64,000 bases of DNA, from assembly GCF_006345805.1 (NCBI RefSeq), contig NC_042998.1:161944001-162008000 (forward strand). Reading direction: 5' to 3'. The stretch is from Octopus sinensis (lineage: Eukaryota). Every line of letters starts with the position of its first letter. The stretch's first letter is position 1. Below the pieces are notes generated by a model that worked only from the letters and a program-made list of their open reading frames with translations, made no database searches and was not told where the DNA came from. Below, piece by piece: positions 25,390 through 38,588 of the stretch. The position numbers and the translations under genes were made by a program.

Positions 25390-26040
25390 GATGAAAGGCA
25401 AACTTGATACTGATTGTATTTGAACCCACAATGCTGATAGCTGCAATCAATCCTTGCATTAATCCTTTCTACTGTAGGCAAAAGGCTACCCAGTCAAATG
25501 CATCAACCCCAGTACTTGAATGATGCTTATTTTATCAACCCTTGTGAAAAGATGGAAAGTGAATTTGAACTCAGAATGTAAAGACAAATGAAATGCCTCT
25601 ATGTATTTTGTCCTGTGTGCAAATGATTCTTATTTCTTTATTGCCCACAAGAGGCTAAACATAGAGGGGACAAACAAGGACAGACAAAGGAATTAAGTCA
25701 ATTACATCGACCCCAGTGCGTAACTGATACGTAATTTATTGACCCTGAAAGGATGAAAGGCAAAATCGACCTCGGCGGAAATTGAACTCAGAACATAACG
25801 GCAGACAAAATACCTATTTCTTTACTACCCACAAGGGTCTAAACATATAGAGGACAAACAAGAGCAGACAAATGGATTATATCGACCCCAGTGCGTAACT
25901 GGTACTTATTTAATCAACCCTGAAAGGATGAAAGGCAAAGTCGACCTTGGCGGAATTTGAACTCAGAACGTAGCGGCAGACGAAATACCGCTAAGCATTT
26001 CACCCAGTGTGCTACCGATTCTGCCAGCTCACCACCTTAA
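25390..26040 (-). mobile_element. Head-to-tail cluster of SINE family B modules
   Basis: Full copy 25811-26040, 5'-truncated copy 25627-25810, decayed fragments to 25390. Confidence 0.8.
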
Positions 26041-27249
26041 TCAATCCACACATTAATGACTCAGCTAATATGGCAATCTTTGAAAGAAATAGTTATGTAA
26101 TTTTCAATACAGGAACAGTCAATGGGTATTGGTAGCTTATACTTTTTTTTATTCATATTTCATGAATACATAGCAGATAAAAGCTGGCACTGATTGAGTT
26201 TCCCAATTTTAGACCTTTCATTTGAAGGATTTTAATTATTTCAGCAACATCCAGCTTGGTTTCTTCAAATAACTTATTGAAATTATAATAACACTGACGA
26301 AGTATGTCATAGACATCTTGTCTACGTTTCTAGATTACCCATTCTATTTAGCTAACAAAACAGGTTTCGATTCTATTGTATGCACAAGACAACAAAGACA
26401 CAAAGCATTAAGTTAAATATCTCTGATTAAATTATGTAAATTATAAATTTTTATCATTTGATGACAAAGAAAATTTGATGTAAAATTGATGTGGAATGTT
26501 AGAATTTAGGTTAGTCACCACATATGAAATGGGACTGGATACTAAAACACGAAGATTCCTTTATTTAGCCAATGTTGATAGTGGTAGCAGTGGTAATGAC
26601 GATAATCAGCGTTAAAAGAGATTATATGATTTGTTGAAAATAATTGATACATTCTATGTAACTTATATCATATGTTCAATAGTTCATATTTAGGTTAGAA
26701 AAATGCCGAATATTAATTCAGCTCAAAATGTTTGTGATGGTATGCTTGTGAGAGTCTTCCGGCCAATTGTATAAAACTTATAAAGATAATGATTTATATC
26801 TTTATATGAAAATATTTATAAAAAATTAAAGGAATCTCTCTCTCCCTTTATATATATAGGTGCAGGCATGGCTGTGTGGCAAGAAGCTTGCTTCCCAACC
26901 ATATGGTTCCAAGTTCAGTCCTACTGCATGGTACATTGAGCAAGTGTTTTCTACTTTAGCGTCGGGTCAACCAAGGTTTTGTGAGTGGATTTGGTAAATG
27001 GAAACTGAAAGAAGATCAACATTTATATATGTGTATGAATGTGACCATGTGTGTCTTTGTGCGTCTGTGTTTGTCCCCCTCCATCTGACAACTGGTGTTG
27101 GTGTGTTTACCTCTCCATAACTTAGTAGGTTAGCAAAGAGACTGATAAAATAGTACTAGTCTTTAAAAAAAGAAAAATGAATTTGCCTAAAACCCTTCAA
27201 GGAAAAACACCCAGCATAGCTGCAGCCTAATGATTGAAACAAGAAAAAG

Positions 27250-27707
27250 AAGCTGAGATCGCAGTCATGGCTGATACCAATGTCACATAACTGGCCTATT
27301 TAAAAACACCCTTCAATTGTTGGCCAATAGGCTGTGCTTTTGAAGACTTGTTGAACCAAATGAAACCATAATCGTAGCTGATGCCAGTGCCACCTAACTG
27401 GCACTTGTGCTGGTGGCACATAAAAAAAAACCAGTCCTACCTAACTGGCACCCATACTGGTGGTATATAAAAAGCACCATTTGAGCATAGCTGATGCCGG
27501 TGCTGCCTGATTGGCTCCCATGCAGGTGGCATGTAAAAAGCATCCACTACACTCTTGGAGTGGTTGGCGTTAGGAAGTGCATCCAGCTGTAGAAACATTG
27601 CCACATCAGACTGGACTTTGGTGCAGCCTGCCAGTTTGCAGTCAAACCATTTGACCCATGCCAGCATGGAAAGCAAATGTTAAATGATGACAACAATGAT
27701 GATGATG

Positions 27708-27710
<3 letters not shown>
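27250..27710 (+). mobile_element. RTE LINE 3' UTR with (GAT)n tail
   Basis: ggagtggttggcgttaggaagtgcatccagctgtagaaac motif. Confidence 0.8.
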
Positions 27711-27758
<48 letters not shown>

Positions 27759-27780
27759 TATATATATATATATTTCAGTT

Positions 27781-28110
27781 CTATATTTACATTCAACAGA
27801 TATTTGTCCTCATCCTGTTTGTTGCTAACACAACTTTTCGGCTGATATACCCTCCAGCCTTCTTCAGGTGTCTTGGGGAAATTTCAAACCTGGGTTCTCA
27901 TTCCTAAGGTATTTTTTGATGTTATAATTATTATTATTATTATTATTGTTGTTGTTGTTGTTCAGGTCACTGCTTGGAATCGAACTCAGAATCTTGGGGT
28001 TAGAAGCCCGTGCTCTTAACCACTACGACATATGCCCATGGGCATATGGCGTAGTGGTTAACAACAAACAAGATGAGGACAAATATCTGTCGAATGTAAA
28101 TAATGTAAAT
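27781..28110. mobile_element. Solo tRNA-headed, hammerhead-bearing pLTR-like unit with inverted partial copy
   Basis: Minus strand: tRNA-Arg(TCT)-like head 28040-27962, (AAC/AAT)n, HHR, tail; plus strand 28036-28110 is an internally deleted mirror copy. Confidence 0.8.
27827..27872 (-). ncRNA. Minimal type I hammerhead ribozyme, one core mutation
   Basis: gacac-CUGAAGA-A-GGCUG(gagggtatat)CAGCC-GAAA-a-GUU|GUGUU; the copy at 10678 has the expected GAAAC-GUU. Confidence 0.7.
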
Positions 28111-28220
28111 AATATATATTTCAGTTAGGCATTGTGATACGAATAACCTCGTGTAGAACTCAATATACATATGCTTTAGGACAAAGCATAAGTTGAGTAC
28201 TGAATGGTAATAAGATGAGA

Positions 28221-28451
28221 TGACAAAAGAATAAATGATTATCTCATGAACTACATTAGCTTGCAGCTGTTTCTGCTATAAGATGCAGTGGACTTAGAGT
28301 AGAGTGCCTGGGTAACACCTTATAGCTTCATCAAAGCCTTGAATATGAAGTGCTTGTTATTCAGGCACTCGCCTATGAGTCTACTGCATCCTATAGCAGA
28401 AACAGCTGTAAGCTAAAGAAGTTCATAAGATAATCGTTTATTCCTTTGTCA
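28221..28451. repeat. Fold-back element containing decayed hammerheads
   Basis: Arms of about 110 bp; minus strand ggct-tTGATGA-A-gctataag..cttatagc-A-GAAACAGCTGcA-agct at 28257-28338; right arm has intact GAAACAGCTGTA at 28399-28410. Confidence 0.8.
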
Positions 28452-28902
28452 GTTCATTTTGTTATAAAAACCGGAGAAATTGGTTGGCGGGGAAATTTTA
28501 TCATTATGTACATATACATATTTAGTCATTCTTTGTTGCAAGGTGAGACTATTTACACCTGCTTGTGTAATGTCAAATTAATGTCAATTAAATCTATTAT
28601 GCTATGTGGGGACCAGTATGGCAAAGCATAAAACCAATGTTTCATCTACTTGTAAAAGAGGCTGACACAGGAATAGTAGAGAATCACCAACAAATGGTGG
28701 ATGCAGCAACATGCTGTTACAGCATGTGCCTCTATACTATTACAGCTACTAAATCTATCTAATTCCTTTGTCTATCTCCATGCATGTATACATTATGCAA
28801 TGTTGGTATGTACATGTATATCTAGATTTATCCACCTATCTGTCTATCTATGTGTCTGCCTGCCTGCCTGTCTGTCTGTCTGTCTCTGTCTCTCTCTCTG
28901 TC

Positions 28903-28986
<84 letters not shown>

Positions 28987-29147
28987 GAAGATAGGTGTAT
29001 GAACAACATGCAAGTGTATTAGTTTGATGCTTGGAAAAAAGTGAAAAGTTTTTTATGCTTTGAGCCTACACTCTTCAAAAGAAAGGAATATGAGGAAATA
29101 AACTGAGAGAATGAAAAAAACGTGTAGAGCTCAGCTGTCCATATATA

Positions 29148-29151
29148 TATG

Positions 29152-29188
<37 letters not shown>

Positions 29189-29201
29189 CTATAGATAGAT
29201 C

Positions 29202-29291
<90 letters not shown>

Positions 29292-29292
29292 A
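29148..29292. repeat. (TAGA)n microsatellite
   Basis: Direct reading. Confidence 0.95.
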
Positions 29293-30724
29293 AGAAAGAA
29301 ATACATGTGGAGTGCAACACTTTCTTTTTTTAAATTGACATTTTTTCCCCTTCCTTAGACACACAAACATTTTGGAGCTTTTGAATTTGAAAATTCTCAT
29401 TTTGCAATTTTGCACTCCATCTATTTTGAAGATGAAGAAAAATTCCACTGAAGAAAATAATTCCTGGTGTTATGGATGACAATACATTTTGTTAAGATTT
29501 TCTTCCAATGTTTTCTAACATTTTGCAACCATATATTTTTGCTGTATAATATTCCAGAAAGAATTTGTAAATATTGTTTTTCTTCTTTCTTAACAGATGA
29601 CCCGCAAATGTTATTGGAGACAGAAGACATTAATGCTCAGGATATCACACATTACACACATTTACTTATTTATTTTATTCTTTCAGGCATTCGTTTCTAA
29701 ATGCAATAGAAAATGAGTGATATATTGAAAGATAAGAAAAGAGTAAGAAAAATATTCAATACTTGAAGATAAATAAGTAAGTAAAGTAAAATATCTTTTT
29801 CCTAATGTTTTTCCTCTTTTTTTTATCAGTTATTATATATTATGTATGTTATCTTTTTCATTTCTATTGATATTTTTTTATGTAGTTTACTTTTCTTTTT
29901 TCATGTTTTACTTGATTGTTTCTAATCTGGTTTGGGATTGTCATGGTGGAATCGGTAAGAATTAAAGAAAATCACAAAGAAGACAGAAAAATATTATTGA
30001 AAAACCCAAAATTATAGAAAAATTGGAGAAAGAAAAAAACCTCGAACAGATGTGTATGTGTATGTGCATGAATATGCTTATGTGTATATATATATTTTGT
30101 GCATGAGGATAATGTGTTTGTGTATGTGTGTTGTGATATAGTGTATGCATATATATGTGCACGTGTGCACATGCATGTGTGTGTATGTGTGCCCAAATTA
30201 AAACACACAAAGAAAGGAAGTAACAAGTGAAGCAGTCTTTGCATTACTTCCATAATTTTGTATTTTACTTCACCCCAAAAAATCTTTAATTGGTTTAGAA
30301 ATATCAAGATGAAACATAACTGTCCCACTTCCTCCTCTAGCATCTTCATTTTAACTTGCTCTCTCTCTCTATTTCTCTCCCCTATCTCTTATACACATTT
30401 TCTCTTTTTCTTTCCTGATTTCTTCTACTTCCTCCTCCTCTTATTTTTTTCTCCTTTCTCTCCACTTACTACTTCAATCCTTCCTCTTCTATATTCAGAA
30501 ACATTTGTTACTGTATATGAAATCTCTATTTCCCATACCTTAACCTCCTCCATCCCGTTTACAGATCCAGAATCCACTCAGATAGTTCCCTGTAGAGTTT
30601 ATTTCTAATTGAAATAAACCATATTTCCCTTTGTTCTGTTATAACATTATTCATGCCACTAACACATTAGGCCTTCTATATAAAAGACATTGCCTTACAC
30701 AGCACAAAATTTAGACCTAGTTCT

Positions 30725-31537
30725 ATAGGCGCAGGCATGGCTGTGTGGTACTCTCTTTTTTTTCTTTACTCTTTTACTCATTTCAGTCATTTGACTGTGG
30801 CCATGCTGGAGCACCACCTTTTAGTCAAGCAAATCGACCCCAGGACTTATTCTTTGTAAGCCTAGTACTTATTCTATCAGTCTCTTTTTGCCGAACTGCT
30901 AAGTTACGGGGACGTAAACACACCAGCATCGGTTGTCAAGCGATGTAAGGGGGAAAAACACAGACACACAAACATATACACACATACGTACACACACACA
31001 CATATATATATATATATACATATATATGACGGGCTTCTTTCAGTTTCCGTCTACCAAATCCACTCACAAGGCTTTGGTCGGCCCAAGGCTATAGTAGAAG
31101 ACACTTGCCCAAGGTGCCACACAGTGGAACTGAACCCAGAACCACGTGGTTCATAAGCAAGCTTCTTACCACACAGCCACTCCTATGCCTATATGAAGTT
31201 TGCTTTGCAACCACATGGCACATTGGGCAAGTGTCTTCTACTATAGCCTTAGACCAACCAAGCCCTGTGAGTAGATTTGGTAAAGGGAAACTGAAAGAAG
31301 CTCATCATACATATATTTATGTGTGTGTATGTTTTTTGTCCCCCACAATCACTTGACAACCGGTGTTGGTGTTCTTATGTCCCCATAGCTTAGTGGTTCA
31401 GCAAAAGAGACCGATAGAATAAGCACCAGGCTTAAAAATAAAATGAGTCTTGGGGTTGATTAGTTTGACTAAAATTTCTCAAAGCAGTGCTCTAGCATGG
31501 CCGCTGTCTAATGACTGAAACTAATAAAAAGGTAAAA
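30725..31537. mobile_element. SINE family A (plus) split by a minus-strand family A insertion at 30751-31193
   Basis: Head ataggcgcaggcatggctgtgtggta stops at 30750 and resumes as gaagtttgct at 31195. Confidence 0.8.
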
Positions 31538-32069
31538 TGGTAGTTCTAGCCACAGCTTTTTGCAGCTATTTTGTCGTGTGTATGCTAATTGAATTTCTGT
31601 AGATCTAGTGCTACATTATTTAAAGTGGTGATGATATTGTTATTGTAGCTATTCCTTGAAGTGCTATATTCAGCGCTAAGTTCACTATTGGTCCATTCCT
31701 AAACAACCATAATTTGTTTCTGGCAATGAACATGAGGGGAACATTGTTTAATGTATCTTTCCTTTTCAATTTAAGATCTAAGGATTACAAGAAAATTTGG
31801 TTGCTAATTTTAGCAGGTCAAGCAAAGGCAAGGATGTTTTATCTTGGCTCATGTTGTTCTGGTGTGTTGTTAATTTTGGGAACCTGTGCAAATTGAAGCT
31901 GATTGCAATTATAAATTGTGTTTACCCTGTACATACATCATGAAGATAGAGAGTTCGGGTTAAATTTGATAATGCTTTATATTTACTTTGTTTCAGGAAC
32001 AGATTGATATATTGGTGAACAGTCAACAGCATTGGAGAGCATAGAGATTAAAGTTGTAGTGAGAGAAAG

Positions 32070-32670
32070 TTATTAGCTGACACGGAAGATTGGAAGCCAT
32101 CTAAATATTGGAAAAGAGTTGCCTGTATCATTATGATTCGTACCAATTACCAAAATGCTAACAACATGACTTCTGCTCAATGCTCTGTAAACACTGGAAA
32201 GGCTGTAAGATATGACATGGACATCATGAAAACCAAGTTCCCCCAAACTGTGATGGTCTTTGATGTCTCTCCAGCGAGGATGACACCATGCCACCCCACA
32301 TCTTTGGACAGGACCTTAGGTTTATTTTGGACAGCAATATAAAGCTGCTGGAGACTGTGGCCAACCCCTGGCTGGAGAGGACTACTGTTGGAAGGCCACA
32401 TGTGTATCAGCAGGATTTGGCTCCTTGCTATACCTTCAGAAACAGTCAACAGTGATTACTGGAGAATTTCTATGGCTTCACCAGCTTCAATTTCTGGCCT
32501 CTTAATTCTCCTAATTGTAATCCCATGGATTAGTATGTGTGAGGTGCAGTTGTGAAAGACACCAACTGCTCTGCCTGCAACATCAACGCTAAGCTGGTGG
32601 CCAAGATCAAGGAGGTGTTTGATAATCTTTCCAGAGACACAGTGAGGAATGGATGTGCCAGGTTCCAGAG
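32070..32670 (+). pseudogene. Tc1/mariner-superfamily maT (DD37D) transposase remnant
   Basis: KTKFPQTVMVF..PPHIF..KLLETV..PW..YQQD-(37 residues)-D within WPLNSPNCNPMD; several stops and frameshifts. Confidence 0.8.
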
Positions 32671-32990
32671 CTTTTTTTTTTACCACACAGCCACACTGCA
32701 TAGTTTACTCTGCAGTAAGTGATGTCTGAATACATGAGATGGTTGATGTCATGCTAAAATACTTTCGATCATGCATAGATCTCCTTTATAGGGTTGAGCT
32801 GGGATTAACCCTTTAGCATTCAGATTACTCTGTCAAATTTAATGGTTACATACTCATGTTGTTTTGAATTAATCACACACTGTCTTGTAGATTTGAGATA
32901 TAACCATTTATGTTCAGAATGATGTTGCAGGATAGGTGTGAGAGGCCTGATTTGGTCAGTTTGACAATAATGGGTAGAATATTTGGGCCT

Positions 32991-33200
32991 GATATCATCA
33001 TCATTGTTTAATGTTAATTTTCCATGCTGGCATGAGTTGGACGGCTTCACCAGAGTTCGTTAGGTCAGGGGCGACACCAGGCTTCATGTCTATTCTGGCA
33101 TTGTTTCTGCTGCTAGATGCCCTTCCAAATGCCAATCACTCCACAGTGCACTGGGTGCTTTTAACATGCCAACCATTCCACAGAGTGTACTGGGTACTAC
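32991..33200 (-). mobile_element. RTE LINE 3' UTR
   Basis: Same motif and (ATC)n tail as other copies. Confidence 0.7.
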
Positions 33201-33369
33201 TACCACCACCACCACAACCACCACCACCACAACCACCACCACCAACATCATGACCGCCACCACCATCACCACTATTACTACAGCTGCTGCTGCCACCACC
33301 GCCAGCACCACCATCACTGCTGCTGCTGCTACTACTACTACTACCACTACTACTACTACTACTCTACTA

Positions 33370-33410
<41 letters not shown>

Positions 33411-33440
33411 ACTACTACCACTACTACTACTACTACTCCC
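33200..33440. repeat. CAC/TAC/TGC triplet mosaic
   Basis: Direct reading; explains the poly-T/L/V ORFs. Confidence 0.9.
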
Positions 33441-33859
33441 ACCATCACTCCCTCCCATTGTAGTTTATGTGGTTGCTGTTGCACTTACTGCTTTTCTCCT
33501 TCAGTCTCCCAAAAGTATTCTGTTGTTGTTGCTGCCACAACAGTTATTGCAGGTTCCTTCCCCGTGCACCCCCCCCCCCCACCGCCCTCATTTATAAATC
33601 TTGCCAAGTGTCTAGTTGCTGATTTAAGAGTTTACAAGTTGACAAAACAATCAGATATTGACATTTTCATTTGAATTTTCCATCTCAGTGAATTTTAATT
33701 GAATTCATGTTTGGTTGGTTGGCTGGTTGGTTGGTTGATACTGTTTTTTTTTTGCTTGTTTTTTTGTTTTGTCTTTTTTTCCACTGGTCTGAGTTGAACT
33801 GTTGGCTTTTTCAAATGCACACACTTGCAAGCATGTATAACTCACTTGGCTCTTTATGT

Positions 33860-34560
<701 letters not shown>

Positions 34561-35518
34561 ATATGATACTGTCTTCTTATACATAAACAAAAATAAAAAG
34601 ATTGTAAATTGTAAAAAAATATTTCAGGAAGAGGAGAGAAAAAAAAAATCAAAGAAAATAAAGCGATAAAAAAGACATAAAAAATACTAAACAGCAGAAA
34701 AAAAATGTCATTGAAGGTTATTAGATTTATAAATAACTAAATAAAATAAATAAATGAATAAATGGAAATATAAAAGTGATGATTGTTTGTATGATGGTGA
34801 TAAGGGGAAAGAGAGAGATATATATTTGTTATTTTATGCGGATTTTTTTCCCCCTTCTCATGTTCAAAAGAGAATAATGTAAGGATTTGGCTAGTATTTA
34901 GAATCATTCATTTCTGCTCTCATTAATCCAAAGGTTCACCTCTGACCTCTTCTTGGATGTTTTTATATCATTTTATATTGTTGTAAAACTATTGGGTACA
35001 ACAGACAAACTGACATATTTCCTTTCCGTCCACATAGCCACCCCTCCTATCATACACATGCTTATACATATATGTATACACATGCACATGTACACATACA
35101 TACATGCATAGATACATCCATCCATCCATCCATATAGATATATATATATATATATATATATGTACATATACAAGTACATGTATATGTACATACATACATA
35201 CAGATAGATAGATAGATAGATATGAGTGTGTATGTAATCATGTATGTATATACACAAAAGGCTAGTAATATCTGTTGCTATTAGGAATCAACCACCTGCT
35301 CCTGTGCCACAATTGCAGTCAGCATCTCTACCACCACTGCAGCTGCCACCGCCACTAGTTCGACTGCTATCCCACCATCACCACCATTGCAATTGCTGTC
35401 ACTAATATTCCTCTTCCCCCTCCTCATCATCGCCATCATCATCATCACCTCCATCACCACTACAGCTGCTGTTGCTTGTCACTATTGCTGTTGCTGCTTC
35501 TGCCACCACCAGTACCCC

Positions 35519-35758
35519 CCACCAATGCCTTCACCACCAACAGCTCCACCACCAACAGCTCCACCACCAATGCCTTCACCACCAACACCTCCACCACCAA
35601 CAGCTCCACCATCAACACCTCCACCACCAATGCCTTCACCACCAACACCTCCACCACCAACAGCTCCACCACCAATGCCTTCACCATGAGTACCTTCACC
35701 ACCAGCACCTCCACCACCATTACCTTCACCACCAACACATCCACCACCAACACTTCCA
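35519..35758. repeat. 15-bp minisatellite, 16 units (ccaccaaNNNNttca/ctcca), inside a CAC/CAT-rich tract 35330-36010
   Basis: Units counted directly; three recurring variants. Confidence 0.9.
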
Positions 35759-36527
35759 ATGCCTTCATCGCTAGTACCTTCATCTCCAACACCTCCACGA
35801 CGACAATGATGACAACGACCACCAGCACCAACACTGCCGCTGTAGTTGTCATTGTTAGCATCATCATCACCATCATCACGACTGACACTAGCATCACAAT
35901 CACAATCACCAACATCATCACCAACATCATCACCACTATCATCACTACTAGCATTACAGCCACCACTGCTGTTGTCATCGTCATCCATCTTCATTGTTGT
36001 CACCGTCATCCTCCTCCTCATCATCATCATTGTCAATTTAACCCTTTAGTGTTTAAACCGGCTATATCCGGCCCAAATAGTCTACTCATTTTATGCTCAA
36101 ACTGGCCAGAACCAGTATCTCACACCTACCCTGCAATGTCATTCTAAAAATAAACAATTACATCTTTCAAATCTTGAAGCTACAAGATAATACCAGGTTA
36201 ATTTTTTTAAATGTAAATGAATAAGGATTACTTCTGACATATTAATTTGAATGCTAAAGGGTTAAACACAAACTACCATATCAGCAACACACAGCTCTCT
36301 GTTAACACACCACTCTTTTACTCTTTTACTTGTTTCAGTCATTTGACTGTGGCCATGCTGGAACTCCGCCTTTAGTCAAGCAAATCGACCCCAGGACTTA
36401 TTCTTTGGAAGCCTAGTACTTATTCTATCAGTCTTTTTTGCCGAACCGCTAAGTTACGGGGATGTAAACACACCAGCATCGGTTGTCAAGCGATGTTAGG
36501 GGGACAAACACAGATGCACAAACATAT

Positions 36528-36559
<32 letters not shown>

Positions 36560-36719
36560 GACGGGCTTCTTTCGGTTCCTGTCTACCAAATCCACTCACA
36601 AGGCTTTGGCCGGCCTGAGGCTATAGTAGAAGACACTTGCCCAAGGTGCCACGCAGTGGGAATGAACCCAGAACCACGTGGTTCGTAAGCAAGCTACTTA
36701 CCACACAGCCACTCCTGCA

Positions 36720-37201
36720 CCACTGCCATTTTCTATATTGACCTGTGTCCATGATATCTACCATAATAGTTTCTCTTATCATTATCATTCCAAGGATGAT
36801 CACTACCACCACCACCACCACTACCATCATCTCATCCTCATCATCATCATCATCATCGTTGACATCCATCTCATCATCATCATTGCTGTTCTCAGTCATC
36901 ATTGTCATTTTCATCGTCACCACTACCAATACAATCCTCATTGTCATCATTGTTGACGTCATCAGTCATCATCATCACCTCTACCACCACCATCAATTCG
37001 ACCTAATAATCATCATCATCATCGTTGTCATCACCATCATCATCATAACAACATCACTGTTACTGGTGTCATTAACATTATCATGATGATGATGATGATG
37101 ATCATGATCATTATCATCATCATTATCAACACAACTACCACTGGCATCACCACCATCCAACCATCATCTTCCTCATCATCATTGTGGTCATAATCACTGT
37201 C

Positions 37202-37266
<65 letters not shown>

Positions 37267-37353
37267 TAGTGTTGTAATATATAACAACAGTGACATTGTT
37301 GTCAGCATCCTCATCATCATCACCATTTTCAACTTAGGAATGTGTGCCATCAT

Positions 37354-37384
<31 letters not shown>

Positions 37385-37530
37385 GATAATAGTGTTGTAA
37401 TATTCAGCAACAGTGGTGACATTGTTATCAGCATCATCATCATTATCTCCATTGCAATGTGTGACATCATCGCTATGTTCATCATCATCATCATCATCAC
37501 CTTCCTCACTATTGTCGTAGTGTAGCCATC
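36720..37530. repeat. CAT/CAG/CAC triplet mosaic
   Basis: Direct reading. Confidence 0.9.
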
Positions 37531-38544
37531 ACTATACATCATTTACTCTGGTTCATCTTCGCATCCTGCCATTTATTCATGGTAACAGCAACAAGGAGGA
37601 GGATATCATTGCACAGACAGAAAGAAGCAACCCACCGAGACGCCATGCCACCAAACACACACACACACATATATAGAGAATGCTCTTGCACACATACACA
37701 CACACACACACTTGCAGATACATACATACACACACACTTGCAGATGCACACATGCATACACTAACACATGTACTCATAAACAAGCAAAGTGAAAAAAAAC
37801 AACAACAACAACAACAGCTTAACGACATAACAACAGCAAAGCATCTGATGCCGGAAATAGAAGATGAAGAAGAAGAAGAAGACAAAGAAGGAGGAGGAGT
37901 TGCGGGAAGAGGAGACGAAATAATGTTTGTTGTTTCGTCGTGCAATTTGAGACCAAATGAGCAACATGTTGTTTCTGCCTTGACAGTTCCACCTTAGATC
38001 AAAGCTATACTGCAACCGTCTCCTTTTTGCACTGTGTGAAAGCAAGATAGGTCTTGTACACAAACACACTCACACACACACATGCATGCATGCATACACT
38101 CACACACACACACATATTCTCAGATAGCAATCATAATTTCACCTCGCAATTCTTCACGAGGGCAAGTGTGGATGATGGTGATGATGATGGCAGTGGCGGT
38201 GGTGGCAGCTATCTTTTTGTTGTATTTTTTTTATCTTTTCCAAGCACCTACCTTTCCACTCTCCTCAGTGTGAATATCGTGTGTGTGTATGTGTGTATGT
38301 GTGTGTATTCTTTCTTCCTTCCTTCACTATGGTTCTCTTTTGTTCTCTATCCCTCTTTTGTTCTCTATCTCTATCATTCACATGCATATGCATGTGTGAG
38401 TGTGTATATATGCATATACATATACATCTATATGAGTGTGCAGGTGTGTGTGTATATATATATATGTCCATGTGTATTTGTATATTGTGTATATACATTA
38501 TATATACATATATATACATATATATATATGTGTATTTCGTATAT

Positions 38545-38588
<44 letters not shown>

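Noticed and set aside
33090-33597. Poly-Thr/Leu/Val/Ser ORFs (also 36.6-37.5 kb and 57 kb)
   Set aside because: Triplet-repeat mosaics open in several frames; no domain or splice evidence
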